NCBI GenBank assembly: GCA_023267655.1
Contig: JAHFMV010000003.1
Location: forward strand, 16,522-80,521
Length of the DNA: 64,000 bases
Reading direction: 5' to 3'
From: Candidatus Kaiserbacteria bacterium
GTDB taxonomy: Bacteria > Patescibacteriota > Minisyncoccia > Phycocordibacterales > UBA2100
Made by a program: the position numbers and the translations under genes. The notes beneath the pieces are model-generated. The model ran no database searches. It had not been told where the DNA came from and saw nothing but the letters and a program-made list of their open reading frames with translations. Below, in pieces: positions 35,782 to 46,058 of this stretch (positions are counted from its first letter, which is position 1; each line of letters begins with the position of its first letter).

Positions 35782-36549
35782 ATGCCAAAAAGTATTGGTG
35801 AAAATGAAGGGCGAGAAATCGCTCACGGACTTGAATCGCTTGGCTTGAAGGAGAAAGAAGCACTGGTGTATATGGCTCTTTTGGAGCTTGGCGAGGTCGG
35901 CAGCTCGCAGATTGCACGCAAGACAGGCCTGCATACGCAGTTTATCTACACGGCGCTCGCAGCGCTGGAGACGCATGGGCTCGCGCAACACGTCGTCAGG
36001 CGCGGCAGGAAGAAGTTCAGCGGCAAGCACCCACGAGCACTGGTACGGCTTGTCGAGCAGCAGAAAGCAACGGCGGACGTGCTAGCCGCTCGACTCGACG
36101 CCTTTACTTCGCTGCCCAAAGAGCAGCGATTTGAAATTTTTCAAGGGAATACCTCGTACGTCGCGCATGAATTCGACATACTCAAAGAAACGCCAGAGGG
36201 CTCGGAAATCCTGATCATCAGCGGCAGTGGAGATCGGTTCGATCATGAAATGCGTAGCGTAATGGCAGAATACGAAACCCTTCGTATTCAAAGACGCGTT
36301 GTGCTCCGGTATCTCGGAAGCCGTATTGAACGCGAATATCTCGAATCGATAAAGAATGCACGCGCTCTGTTTTCGTACCGATTGTTACCTGGCCTCTTTA
36401 CAGGTCTGGTTTCCACCGTCATCGGGCCAAGTACGATCAGTTTTAAAGTGTACGGTGAACCGGTCACCAGCTTTGTCGTCTCCAACGAGGTCATCGCAGG
36501 CAGCTACAAGCAGTTCTTCGAGACGCTCTGGAAGATGGCGCAATCGTAG
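35782..36549 (+). CDS. TrmB-like transcriptional regulator (second copy)
   Basis: HTH LGLKEKEALVYMALLELGEVGSSQIARKTGLHTQFIYTALAALETHGL similar to the 29901 gene. Confidence 0.5.
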   Translation: MPKSIGENEGREIAHGLESLGLKEKEALVYMALLELGEVGSSQIARKTGLHTQFIYTALAALETHGLAQHVVRRGRKKFSGKHPRALVRLVEQQKATADVLAARLDAFTSLPKEQRFEIFQGNTSYVAHEFDILKETPEGSEILIISGSGDRFDHEMRSVMAEYETLRIQRRVVLRYLGSRIEREYLESIKNARALFSYRLLPGLFTGLVSTVIGPSTISFKVYGEPVTSFVVSNEVIAGSYKQFFETLWKMAQS

Positions 36550-36782
36550 AGATTTGCTATAGTGTCCACATTATTGAATAACCGTGGCGGACAGATAGGC
36601 AGGATTTTCCCTCGTGAGGGTCAATGCTGAAATCTGGTCGTCACTTAATTAAAAGTGATAAGTTGCAAATTTGGATGAGATGCTAGGCGCGGAGAAAGCA
36701 GCGTCCGAGGCGTACACCTGTACGACGAGGGCGACGCAGAGGCTCCGCAACAACGCAGCTCGCCACATTTGAAAATTAGCAT

Positions 36783-38993
36783 ATGCAAAAAAAAGAATAT
36801 GGCTTGGATATTGGAGGCAAGACGATGACAGCCGAGTTTAATGACTGGGCGAATCAGGCAAACGGATCGGTGCTGTTGCGATACGGCAACAGTGCCGTCC
36901 TTGCGACCGTGGTTATGGGTGCAAAAGAGAGCGACAAAGATTATTTTCCTCTCTCCGTTGAATACGAGGAAAAGTTTTACGCAGCCGGCGCCATTCTCGG
37001 CTCCCGCTTTATGCGCCGCGAAGGACGTCCGTCCGACGAAGCCGTCCTCTCGGGTCGCATCGTCGATCGTACGATCCGACCACTCTTTCCAAAAGGTTTG
37101 AAGAAAGACGTGCAGGTGATTATCTCCGTCCTCTCGCTTGAGGAATACGACGCGGATATTCTCGCCGTCAACGCGGCATCTCTTGCAATCGCAACCTCGA
37201 ACATTCCATGGAACGGTCCGGTTTCGGCGGTACGCATCGGACAGGAGGAAGGTGTTGCAGATTTTATCGTAAATCCAACCTACAAAGAACGCGATGAAGC
37301 AGGGGATCCAAAAGCAATTCTCGATCTTACCGCGTGCGGCAAAGACGGTCTCATCAACATGATCGAAGTCGGTGCAAAAGAAGTTACGGAAGAAGTGGTC
37401 AACAAGTCCCTCGCAAAAGCGAGCGAGGAAATCGAAAAGATCCAAGCGTGGCAGAAAATGATTGTCGCCGAACAGGGTAAAGAGAAACATTCGTTTGTTC
37501 CGCCGTTTGAAGATGATGCGCGTCTATCTCCCGCGTTTGATCAGATCGTCGGCACGCACCTTGGTGCAAAAGCGGGAAACCTCACAAAACACGATATCAA
37601 CGAATTCAAATCGAATTGGATGGCGCATGCGAAACAGGAATTCGAAGACATCGAGCCGGGCAAACTCGACACGTATTACGAACACCGCCTTGATGCATAT
37701 GTGCACGATCTCGCGATCAAAGAAGGAAAGCGTGTCGATGGTCGCGCCATGGATGAAATCCGCGAACTGTATGCACAAGCAGGCGGCGTTTCTCCCGTCA
37801 TCCATGGCTCTGGCATTTTCTACCGTGGCGAAACGCACGTGCTCGCAGCGCTCACGCTCGGAGGCCCGGGCGATGCACAATTGATCGACACCATTGAATC
37901 GCAGGATGTGAAGAAAACATTTATGCTGCATTACAACTTCCCGCCGTTTTCTGTTGGCGAAACAGGACGCGTCGGCGGTATGAACCGTCGCATGATCGGA
38001 CATGGTGCACTCGCAGAGAAAGCACTGCGCGCTGTCTTGCCGGACAAATCAGTTTTCCCGTACACGATCCGTATCGTTTCTGAATGTCTTGCTTCAAATG
38101 GTTCAACATCACAAGCAACCGTCTGCGCGGGCACGATCGCACTCATGGACGCTGGTGTTCCGATCACCAAACCGGTCGCGGGAATCGCGATGGGGATGAT
38201 GTCGGACGCGAAGGCGGGCGTGTACAAAGTACTCACCGATATCCAGGGGCCGGAAGATCATCATGGCGACATGGACTTCAAAGTCGCGGGAACACGCGAT
38301 GGCGTCACCGCAGTGCAGATGGACGTGAAAGTCGAAGGGGTGCCCGTCAATGTGCTTGCCGAAGCATTTGCACAGGCAAAGAAAGCGCGTCTGCAGATTC
38401 TTGAAGTGATTACGAAAGAAATCGCAACGCCGCGCGCCGATATTTCTCCCCGCGCACCAAAAATCCTTACGCTCAAAATTAAGACTGATCTCATCGGCCT
38501 CGTCATCGGTCCCGGCGGCAAGATGATCAATGGCATCCGCGACAGAACAAAAGCCGACGACATCACGATCGAAGAAGACGGCACGATCTTCATCACTGGC
38601 AAAAACGGTGCAGCCGAAGCTGCGTACGCAGAAATTGCGGATCTCACTCGCGAATACATGCCGGGAGAAAAATTCGAAGGTACCGTTACACGATTGATGG
38701 ATTTCGGCGCCTTCGTGAAAATCGGCGCAAATGCCGAAGGATTGGTGCACGTTTCAGAAGTCGCTCCGTTTAGAATCGGCAATATTTCCGAGGCAGTGAA
38801 AGAGGGCGACGTTGTGCCGGTCCTCTTGAAAGAAATCGACGAAAAAGGACGGTATAATCTCTCTATCAAGGCAGCTGATCCTGAATGGGCGGCCCGCAAG
38901 GGTCTTATCCCATCAGAAGGAGGCGGCCATGAATATCATGGGGGAAACAACGAACGAGGGGGGCACAGGGGCGATCGACGCCGGCGCATCTAA
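36783..38993 (+). CDS. pnp: polyribonucleotide nucleotidyltransferase (PNPase)
   Basis: Two RNase PH domains, KH and S1 domains; 736 aa. Confidence 0.9.
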   Translation: MQKKEYGLDIGGKTMTAEFNDWANQANGSVLLRYGNSAVLATVVMGAKESDKDYFPLSVEYEEKFYAAGAILGSRFMRREGRPSDEAVLSGRIVDRTIRPLFPKGLKKDVQVIISVLSLEEYDADILAVNAASLAIATSNIPWNGPVSAVRIGQEEGVADFIVNPTYKERDEAGDPKAILDLTACGKDGLINMIEVGAKEVTEEVVNKSLAKASEEIEKIQAWQKMIVAEQGKEKHSFVPPFEDDARLSPAFDQIVGTHLGAKAGNLTKHDINEFKSNWMAHAKQEFEDIEPGKLDTYYEHRLDAYVHDLAIKEGKRVDGRAMDEIRELYAQAGGVSPVIHGSGIFYRGETHVLAALTLGGPGDAQLIDTIESQDVKKTFMLHYNFPPFSVGETGRVGGMNRRMIGHGALAEKALRAVLPDKSVFPYTIRIVSECLASNGSTSQATVCAGTIALMDAGVPITKPVAGIAMGMMSDAKAGVYKVLTDIQGPEDHHGDMDFKVAGTRDGVTAVQMDVKVEGVPVNVLAEAFAQAKKARLQILEVITKEIATPRADISPRAPKILTLKIKTDLIGLVIGPGGKMINGIRDRTKADDITIEEDGTIFITGKNGAAEAAYAEIADLTREYMPGEKFEGTVTRLMDFGAFVKIGANAEGLVHVSEVAPFRIGNISEAVKEGDVVPVLLKEIDEKGRYNLSIKAADPEWAARKGLIPSEGGGHEYHGGNNERGGHRGDRRRRI

Positions 38994-40506
38994 CGTCGCA
39001 TCAAAAACGACACCGACGACTGCTCCGCAACCAGCAGCTCCTGAAGAAGCGCGCATAATTGAAGAACACATAATCGCGCCGCCGCCTGCCGTACGGCCGG
39101 TAGCGCCCACACCGATTGCAGCACCTGTACCAGCACCGATATCAATTCCACCTACTACACCGCTACCGAGTCCAAAGCCATTTGTACTACGACCACTCAA
39201 TCCGCTCCCGCCAACTCCCCAAGCAATTCCGGTGCCACCCACCGTGGTGCCTCAACCGCGACCTCTGCCGCAGCCACTCGCTGCTGAAGCGCAGCGCAGC
39301 GCCCAAGGATCAGATCTCATGAATGTCATGCATGAGATACAGGGGATGCCTTCCGCGCCCGTGACGCCGCAACCAGTATCGCCACCATCGACACCGCTTG
39401 CACCAAAATCCCCCAGCAACATCGCGCAAATACTCGAAGACGTGAAATTGCCGGAGCGCAATCAACAAAAAGAAGTTGCGCCACAACAAAAATACGACAC
39501 ATCACTCACGGCTGATCCAGAGAAAAAAACGGCGGCGGACGCCGCCCGCGCTGCGGCACTGCAGGACGCACAAACTGCTGCACAAGCGATTACTGAAACG
39601 CTCGCGAGTCCTACAAAGCCAAAAGACGATGTTCGCGCGCTCCACACCCTGAAAGATGACTTGCAAGAAGTGGTGCGCGACAAGAAAATCTCACTTGTGC
39701 GCGCTGTCGCGCTCGAAGAAGAAAAACGGCATCACGGATCGGCACTCGAAGAACACCTCGAAGTCGAAGTGCGCAAGCAAAAACGAAACCGCTTCGCGCT
39801 TTTTTTTGTCGGACTCCTTTTTGTTGTCGGCCTTATCGCGATCGGCGCCGTTTTATACGTCATGTCCGAGCGCACGCAAAAAGCCGCAGCGCCGATTACC
39901 GCACAAGTCCTATTCTCCGAACAATCAACGGCGCTCCCGATTGATAATGTCGCTCCCGCCGATATCCGGCGCGAAATTGGCAACGCCCGCACGTCTACCG
40001 CACTTACGCTGGGAGCGATTTTGCAGATCGTCCCTGTCGAACAAAAAGACATTGGGGGACAAGTGCAAACAACTCCTGTTACCACAAGCGAATTCCTCTC
40101 AAAAATCGGTGTACATGCGCCCGACGAGCTTGCGCGATCACTCGATGGAACCTTTTTTCTCGGACTCCATACGGTTGATGAGAACGCGCCGGTCATGATT
40201 TTTCCGGTCACTTCATACGAAAACGCCTTCGCCGCAATGCTCGCGTGGGAGCCGATAATGAACGCCGACCTCTCGCCGATCTTTACGCCGATCCCGATGC
40301 AAAAAGTCGGGATTGATGGCAATATCACGCAGCGCACGTTTGAAGATACCGTAATGCGCAACTACGACGTCCGCGCCCTCAAAGACGACAGTGGCACGAT
40401 CCAGCTGTACTACTCGTTCCCGACGCGCAATATCCTGATTATCGCGGAGAGCCCGTACTCATTTTCTGAAATTTTAAGTCGGCTTAAGGCCGATCGCAAA
40501 CTCTAG
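38929..40506 (+). CDS. hypothetical single-pass membrane protein with Pro-rich cytoplasmic N-terminal region
   Basis: PxxP-rich first 180 aa, TM FALFFVGLLFVVGLIAIGAVLYV, ~220-aa C-terminal domain; start overlaps pnp by 65 nt, so the true start may be further downstream. Confidence 0.45.
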   Translation: MNIMGETTNEGGTGAIDAGASNVASKTTPTTAPQPAAPEEARIIEEHIIAPPPAVRPVAPTPIAAPVPAPISIPPTTPLPSPKPFVLRPLNPLPPTPQAIPVPPTVVPQPRPLPQPLAAEAQRSAQGSDLMNVMHEIQGMPSAPVTPQPVSPPSTPLAPKSPSNIAQILEDVKLPERNQQKEVAPQQKYDTSLTADPEKKTAADAARAAALQDAQTAAQAITETLASPTKPKDDVRALHTLKDDLQEVVRDKKISLVRAVALEEEKRHHGSALEEHLEVEVRKQKRNRFALFFVGLLFVVGLIAIGAVLYVMSERTQKAAAPITAQVLFSEQSTALPIDNVAPADIRREIGNARTSTALTLGAILQIVPVEQKDIGGQVQTTPVTTSEFLSKIGVHAPDELARSLDGTFFLGLHTVDENAPVMIFPVTSYENAFAAMLAWEPIMNADLSPIFTPIPMQKVGIDGNITQRTFEDTVMRNYDVRALKDDSGTIQLYYSFPTRNILIIAESPYSFSEILSRLKADRKL

Positions 40507-40514
40507 ATAGGCAG

Positions 40515-40575
40515 TTAGCCACTAGCCACTAGGGGAAAGGCGGACTGAATTTCCTATTGGCTAGTGGCTAGTGGC
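40515..40575. repeat. inverted pair of family-A repeats (ttagccactagccactagggg / cctattggctagtggctagtggc) with 17-bp spacer
   Basis: Read directly; ends 24 nt before the ATG at 40600. Confidence 0.7.
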
Positions 40576-40599
40576 TTTTTGTTCATGTATTATAGGGCG

Positions 40600-40947
40600 A
40601 TGACACATTTAACTCCGGCAGAACTCGACGAGTTGCGTGCAGCGCTCCATGGCGAAAAAGCGCTTCTTGAAGAAGAGCTTGCCGAGCATGGCCGCAAAGT
40701 CGGTGGTGATTGGGTAGGAACGGCAAAGGGATTTGAAGGAAACGAACCAGCGGATGAAGACGAGGCGGACAAAATGGAAGAACTCGGCACCAATGTCGCC
40801 TTAGTGGAAGAATTGGAAAAACGCTACAAAGAAATCGTTGCTGCGCTCCAGCGTATGGACGAAGGAAAATACGGTCTTACCGCATCGGGCGAGGCGATTG
40901 ATGTTGAGCGACTGAAAGCCAACCCTGCGGCAACGACGAACATTTAA
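40600..40947 (+). CDS. DksA/TraR-like protein lacking the Cys4 zinc finger
   Basis: C-terminal YGLTASGEAIDVERLKANPAATTNI parallels the DksA zinc-finger tail with Cys replaced; ATG 40600 preferred over the GTG inside the repeat. Confidence 0.45.
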   Translation: MTHLTPAELDELRAALHGEKALLEEELAEHGRKVGGDWVGTAKGFEGNEPADEDEADKMEELGTNVALVEELEKRYKEIVAALQRMDEGKYGLTASGEAIDVERLKANPAATTNI

Positions 40948-40999
40948 TTACGCACACCCTCCTGTACGTGCTTCATGAACATGCGTTACACTTTTGTGC

Positions 41000-42535
41000 A
41001 TGAACTTCGCCCGAGTTTTCGGCGCGCAGCCGGCGCTTCCTTCCGCGCACATTGTGACCGTGGAGACCGACATGACGAAAGGCTTGCACGCCTTCACCAT
41101 CGTCGGACTTCCGGATAAATCGGTCGCCGAGGCACGCGATCGCGTCGCATCTGCCATTAAAAATACTGAAACGGATGGCGATGCGTTCAAATCGCCCAAA
41201 AGCACGAACAAAAAGATTGTGATCTCGCTTGCGCCTGCTGAATTGAAGAAGGAAGGATCAGTCTTTGATGTTCCCGCCGCACTTTCGTACCTGCTCGCCT
41301 CAAAACAGATTAAATTCAAGCCCGAGGGAAAGATTTTTGCAGGGGAACTCGGACTCGACGGGACACTCCGCCCTATTCGTGGCGCGCTTGCAATCGCACG
41401 TGCCGCAAAAGAAGATGGTTTTAAAGAATTGTATCTGCCAGCCATAAACGCACGCGAAGCATCGCTTGTTTCCGACATCGCCATCTATGCGGTGCGCGAT
41501 CTAGCGGAACTCGTCCGCCACCTCACGCGGGACGATTTTTCGATCAAAAAATATAAAGCTACTCCTGCAGATCTCCGTGACGATTCCGACACGCCGCTCG
41601 ATGATATTCGCGGGCAGGAAAGCGCGAAACGCGCCTTGGAGATCGCAACTGCCGGCCGTCACAACATCGCGCTCTATGGCCCGCCGGGAACCGGAAAGAC
41701 GATGCTCGCACGCGCTGCGGCGGCACTCTTACCGGACCTCTCCGAAGACGAGTCAATCGAGGTCACAACTATTCACTCGCTTGCCGGTGCGCTCACCAAT
41801 CCTGTCATTACCCGTCCGCCGTTTCGATCGCCACATCATACGTCCTCGTACGCTGCGATTATCGGCGGCGGAACGATACCGAAGCCGGGCGAAGTTACGC
41901 TCGCGCACCGCGGTGTCTTATTTGCCGATGAGTTCCCCGAATTCCACCGCGATGTGGTGAACGCCCTACGCGAACCGCTTGAAGATCGCGTGGTTTCCGT
42001 TGCACGGGCTAAATCCTCTGCCGTTTTCCCCGCCAATTTTATGCTGATCGCTGCACTCAATCCGTGCCCCTGCGGATTCTGGGGCTCCGAGCGCTGCCAG
42101 TGCATGCCGCATATCGTGGAAAAATATCGTCGCAAGATATCCGGTCCGATTGCCGACCGTATCGACATGTGGGTCACAGTTCCGGAAATCCCGCCAGAAA
42201 GTTTGTCGAAAAAAGCGAAGCGGGCGAGCGGAGAAACGGTCGCGACGCGAGGACGTATTGCGAAAGCACGAGCGAAACAGACAAAACGATTTGAAAAGTC
42301 GCGGACACTCACGACCAATGCCGATATGAAAGCGAAAGATATCGAAAACTATGCCGACCTCTCCGACACCGCCGAAGAAACCTTGATTGAAGCGGCGCGG
42401 CGTATGAAGCTCTCACCGAGAGGCTATCACCGCACTATAAAACTAGCCCGCACGATTGCGGATCTTGCCGGTGACAGCACAATCGAGCCGTCACACATGT
42501 TGGAAGCGCTCCAGTACCGCGCCCGAGAATTCTAA
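41000..42535 (+). CDS. yifB: YifB/ComM-family Mg-chelatase-like AAA+ ATPase
   Basis: N-terminal Lon-like domain, Walker A GPPGTGKTMLA, C-terminal ChlI/ComM region. Confidence 0.8.
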   Translation: MNFARVFGAQPALPSAHIVTVETDMTKGLHAFTIVGLPDKSVAEARDRVASAIKNTETDGDAFKSPKSTNKKIVISLAPAELKKEGSVFDVPAALSYLLASKQIKFKPEGKIFAGELGLDGTLRPIRGALAIARAAKEDGFKELYLPAINAREASLVSDIAIYAVRDLAELVRHLTRDDFSIKKYKATPADLRDDSDTPLDDIRGQESAKRALEIATAGRHNIALYGPPGTGKTMLARAAAALLPDLSEDESIEVTTIHSLAGALTNPVITRPPFRSPHHTSSYAAIIGGGTIPKPGEVTLAHRGVLFADEFPEFHRDVVNALREPLEDRVVSVARAKSSAVFPANFMLIAALNPCPCGFWGSERCQCMPHIVEKYRRKISGPIADRIDMWVTVPEIPPESLSKKAKRASGETVATRGRIAKARAKQTKRFEKSRTLTTNADMKAKDIENYADLSDTAEETLIEAARRMKLSPRGYHRTIKLARTIADLAGDSTIEPSHMLEALQYRAREF

Positions 42536-42586
42536 AACACCTGACGGAGGAAGAGCACGACCTGCATCACGAGCTGTTGGATGTTC

Positions 42587-42705
42587 ATCCCGTTAGAAAT
42601 AGGACGCGGACGCTTTGCATCCACACCCTAAGTTATTATATTTCGTAGGATTATTCGTATGACCTGGCTGCACGTATAAACCGAGTCCGTGATTTCTAAC
42701 GGGAT
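42587..42705. other. 14-bp perfect inverted repeat atcccgttagaaat / atttctaacgggat enclosing ~91 nt between convergent genes
   Basis: Read directly from sequence. Confidence 0.45.
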
Positions 42706-42713
42706 TCATATAA

Positions 42714-43928
42714 TTAGAACGGGTTGCGCGGCCCGCCGCGGATTTCAAAGTGAACGTGCGGCCCCGTCGCCTTACCCGTCTGACCCTCGTAACCGATGAC
42801 CTGTCCTTGGATGACGTGCTCGCCGACTCCCACGATGACCGATGAGGCATGTGAGTAAAGAGTTTGCGTGCCATTTCCGTGCTGGATGACGACATAGTTC
42901 CCATAGCCACCGTTCCACGCGCCATTATTCTTTGCCACGATCACATTCCCCGTAGCAGAGGCAAGTATCGGCGAGCCGGCCGGCGCCGCGAGGTCAACGC
43001 CGTTATAGCCATGGATATCTTGCGTTTTCTTGTAACTTGCGAGCGGGGCAATGTAGTACCCAGAATACTCTGCTGACGTCGAATATTTTGCGGCTTCCAA
43101 GACTGACGATGCACCGCCCGATCGAGCGACAGACTTCGAAACAGGTGGTGGCGCTGCAATTTCACCGTTTGGAATGATGATTTCAGTCCCGACAGCAAGA
43201 TCGCCTTCAATGCCGTTATAGTTGGTGATTTCCGTTGCATCAGAACCGAATTTCTTTGCAACCGATGCCAAGGTATCGCCTTTCTTCACCGTGTACTTCA
43301 CGCCGGTCACGGGGAGGATCGTCAGCGTCTGCCCGACGCGGATGGTGCCGCTCGGTGGAATGTCATTGGCCCACTTGATGGTATTTGCCGTCACCCCGAA
43401 CATGCGGGCAATTCCGGAGAGCGTGTCTCCCGGACGCACGACGTACAGACTGATCGAAGAGCTCTTCGGCTTTTCAATATCGGCAATGGTTCCCGCTGGA
43501 CCTTCTTCGGCGACCAGCGCACTATCATCGACAATAATCACGTCCCCGCCGCCTTTCGCGGGATTCGGGTCGATGTTCATTGCCGGTTTCGGAAGCGGCA
43601 TCGTCTGCACGCTTTTGCTGACCACACTTGAAGACGCTTCTGCTTTTCCTTGCCAGAGGGATTTTACATCATCAAAAACGCCCGCCTTCGTTTGGGCGGG
43701 ATAGAAAAGAGTGAAAGAAAGTGCGCATGCGAGCGTAAGAAGTGTATACCACGCGCGTCCTGTGCTTTGAAAGTCATTGACTGCTGAAGAAACCGAGGGG
43801 CGGCTTGAAAAATGCTCTGACACCTCCAACAAAGCCTTGCGGCTTGTTTGAGGATTCCATTTTGAACTTACAATATGCTTGTTTGAACAGCTTGCCCGCA
43901 GTGGGGTGAGTAGAGAGGGTTTCCACAC
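42714..43928 (-). CDS. M23-family peptidase with two LysM domains
   Basis: LysM repeats (YVVRPGDTLSGIARMFGV..., YTVKKGDTLASVAKKFG...) and M23 catalytic motifs HxxxD / HVHFE. Confidence 0.8.
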   Translation of the reverse strand: MWKPSLLTPLRASCSNKHIVSSKWNPQTSRKALLEVSEHFSSRPSVSSAVNDFQSTGRAWYTLLTLACALSFTLFYPAQTKAGVFDDVKSLWQGKAEASSSVVSKSVQTMPLPKPAMNIDPNPAKGGGDVIIVDDSALVAEEGPAGTIADIEKPKSSSISLYVVRPGDTLSGIARMFGVTANTIKWANDIPPSGTIRVGQTLTILPVTGVKYTVKKGDTLASVAKKFGSDATEITNYNGIEGDLAVGTEIIIPNGEIAAPPPVSKSVARSGGASSVLEAAKYSTSAEYSGYYIAPLASYKKTQDIHGYNGVDLAAPAGSPILASATGNVIVAKNNGAWNGGYGNYVVIQHGNGTQTLYSHASSVIVGVGEHVIQGQVIGYEGQTGKATGPHVHFEIRGGPRNPF

Positions 43929-44157
43929 TCTAGCCCTGACCTCACGCTTTTAAGCCATTTTTTGGTGGTAGAAAGACAGTCAATCGTTATTTCTTGGCTT
44001 ATATACTCGCTTTTTCAGCAAGTAGCACCAAAGGGAAATTCAGCAAACCACCGTCATTCACGGTATCCTCACGGGGGGTAAGAGTCAATAACACTCATAT
44101 TAGACGGGGGGATAACTGTTTCGTCAATAAATTCGAGCACCATGGTATAGTACGAGC

Positions 44158-46056
44158 GTGGAATACCTAAAAGGGCTCAACGAAGCCCAAAAAGAGGCGG
44201 TTTTGCATACAGGAGGCCCCCTTTTGATCGTCGCCGGCGCAGGGGCCGGAAAAACAAAGACCATAACCCACCGGATTGTCCACCTCATTTCGACCGGTGT
44301 CGCCCCTTCCTCCATCCTTGCTGTCACTTTTACCAACAAGGCCGCAGGCGAAATGCGCGACCGTGTCGCGGGACTCTTGCAGGGGATGGGCTCTTTCAGT
44401 GGGTACCCGGTCATTGCGACATTCCACTCGCTCGGAGTACGGATTCTGCGCGAATTTGCTCTTAATGCCGGTCTCGAGAGATCTTTTTCCATCTGGGACC
44501 GCGACGATAGCACCAAAGTCATCAAGCGCGCACTTGTCGCACGCGGCATGGAAAACCGCTTTACAGCCCGGCAGATGCTCGGACGCATCTCACGCGAAAA
44601 GGGAAATGGTGTAGCGCTGGCTGAATACGTCGACACCGTATCATCGTCTTTCGAACAAGCGGTCGTCGATATCTGGGAAGAATACGAAAAGGCGCGGCAG
44701 GCAGAAGGTGCACTCGATTTTGACGATCTTCTTTTGCAAACACTCATGCTTCTCAAAAAAGATCCGATTATCCTCAAGCGGCTGCAAGAGAGGTGGCGAC
44801 ACCTCACCATCGACGAATACCAGGACACCAACAAGGCACAATTTGAGATCGCGCGACTTCTTGCAGGCGATACGCCCAATATTTGTGCGGTCGGCGATAT
44901 GGATCAGTGCATCTATACGTGGCGAAACGCCGATATCAAATATTTGATGACGTTTGAAAAGAGTTTCCCCGGGACGAAAGTGGTGATCCTTGAGGAAAAT
45001 TACCGCTCGACACAAACCATCCTCACCGCGGCAAACAATATCATTTCAAAAAACAACAACCGCTACGACAAACGCCTCGTGACACGGAATCCTGTCGGCG
45101 AGGCGATAACGCTCTTTGCCGGAGAAACGGAGCGCGATGAGGCGTTTTTTGTGGCGCGCGAAGCACGCGGACTCCTCGGCTCTGGCGTTCGAGCGTCGGA
45201 AATCGCGGTTTTGTTCCGCGAAAACTTCCAGTCACGAACGCTTGAAGAAGCATTTATCGCCGGAGGCGTGCCGTACCGCGTCCTCGGCACACGCTTTTTT
45301 GAGCGCGCTGAAGTAAAAGATGCTTTGAGCTACCTGCGTGTCGCGCTCAATCCGAGGTCGGTTACCGACTTTGTTCGTGCGGCAGGTAGCCCCGCTCGAG
45401 GGATAGGCAAGACAACGCTCGACAGAGTTGTATCAGGGAAAGAATCAGAGCTCTCGAGCGCGGCGCGGGCAAAACTTGCATCCTTTCGCGGAAAACTTAC
45501 TGCGATCAGGCAGGCGATCGAGACGAGAACGGCATCTGACTCTGTCCGCTTCACCCTGAAAGAAAGCGGTCTCGAAGATTCGCTGCGAGAGTCCGAAGAA
45601 GGTCTCGAGCGCCTGAACAACATCTACGAACTCGTCGCGCATGCGGTGCGCTACGATGCGCTCCGGCCGAGAGAGGGAATCGAGCGGCTTTTGGAAGATG
45701 CGGCGCTGATGAGTGACCAAGATCAGCTCGAGGAAAAAAAAGAAGCGGTCTCTCTCATGACTGTGCATGCTTCAAAGGGGCTGGAATTCGACGCGGTGTT
45801 CGTGACCGGCCTTGAACAGGGACTTTTTCCCTCGGAGCGCGAATCCGATACCGATCGCGACCCGGAAGAAGAACGCCGACTCGCGTATGTCGCATTCACG
45901 CGCGCACGGCACTTTCTCTTTCTCACGTTTGCGGGAACGCGTACACGGTATGGCTCGCGCGAACACACGTATCCGTCTGCCTTTTTGAACGACATCGACA
46001 CCCGTCTTACCAAATACGCCGACGACCACGCCGCGTACGAGCCGATCATACGATAG
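44158..46056 (+). CDS. pcrA: ATP-dependent DNA helicase (UvrD/PcrA/Rep family)
   Basis: Motif I GAGAGKT, Q-motif, helicase motifs II-VI. Confidence 0.85.
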   Translation: MEYLKGLNEAQKEAVLHTGGPLLIVAGAGAGKTKTITHRIVHLISTGVAPSSILAVTFTNKAAGEMRDRVAGLLQGMGSFSGYPVIATFHSLGVRILREFALNAGLERSFSIWDRDDSTKVIKRALVARGMENRFTARQMLGRISREKGNGVALAEYVDTVSSSFEQAVVDIWEEYEKARQAEGALDFDDLLLQTLMLLKKDPIILKRLQERWRHLTIDEYQDTNKAQFEIARLLAGDTPNICAVGDMDQCIYTWRNADIKYLMTFEKSFPGTKVVILEENYRSTQTILTAANNIISKNNNRYDKRLVTRNPVGEAITLFAGETERDEAFFVAREARGLLGSGVRASEIAVLFRENFQSRTLEEAFIAGGVPYRVLGTRFFERAEVKDALSYLRVALNPRSVTDFVRAAGSPARGIGKTTLDRVVSGKESELSSAARAKLASFRGKLTAIRQAIETRTASDSVRFTLKESGLEDSLRESEEGLERLNNIYELVAHAVRYDALRPREGIERLLEDAALMSDQDQLEEKKEAVSLMTVHASKGLEFDAVFVTGLEQGLFPSERESDTDRDPEEERRLAYVAFTRARHFLFLTFAGTRTRYGSREHTYPSAFLNDIDTRLTKYADDHAAYEPIIR

Positions 46057-46058
46057 AT

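Noticed and set aside
36645-38899. Several 200-280-aa minus-strand ORFs (36645-37490, 38109-38750, 38261-38899)
   Set aside because: All lie antisense within pnp, which is full-length and conserved.
42593-43261. Minus-strand ORFs 42593-42925 and 42941-43261
   Set aside because: Overlap the M23/LysM peptidase gene in other frames; the peptidase has clear motifs.
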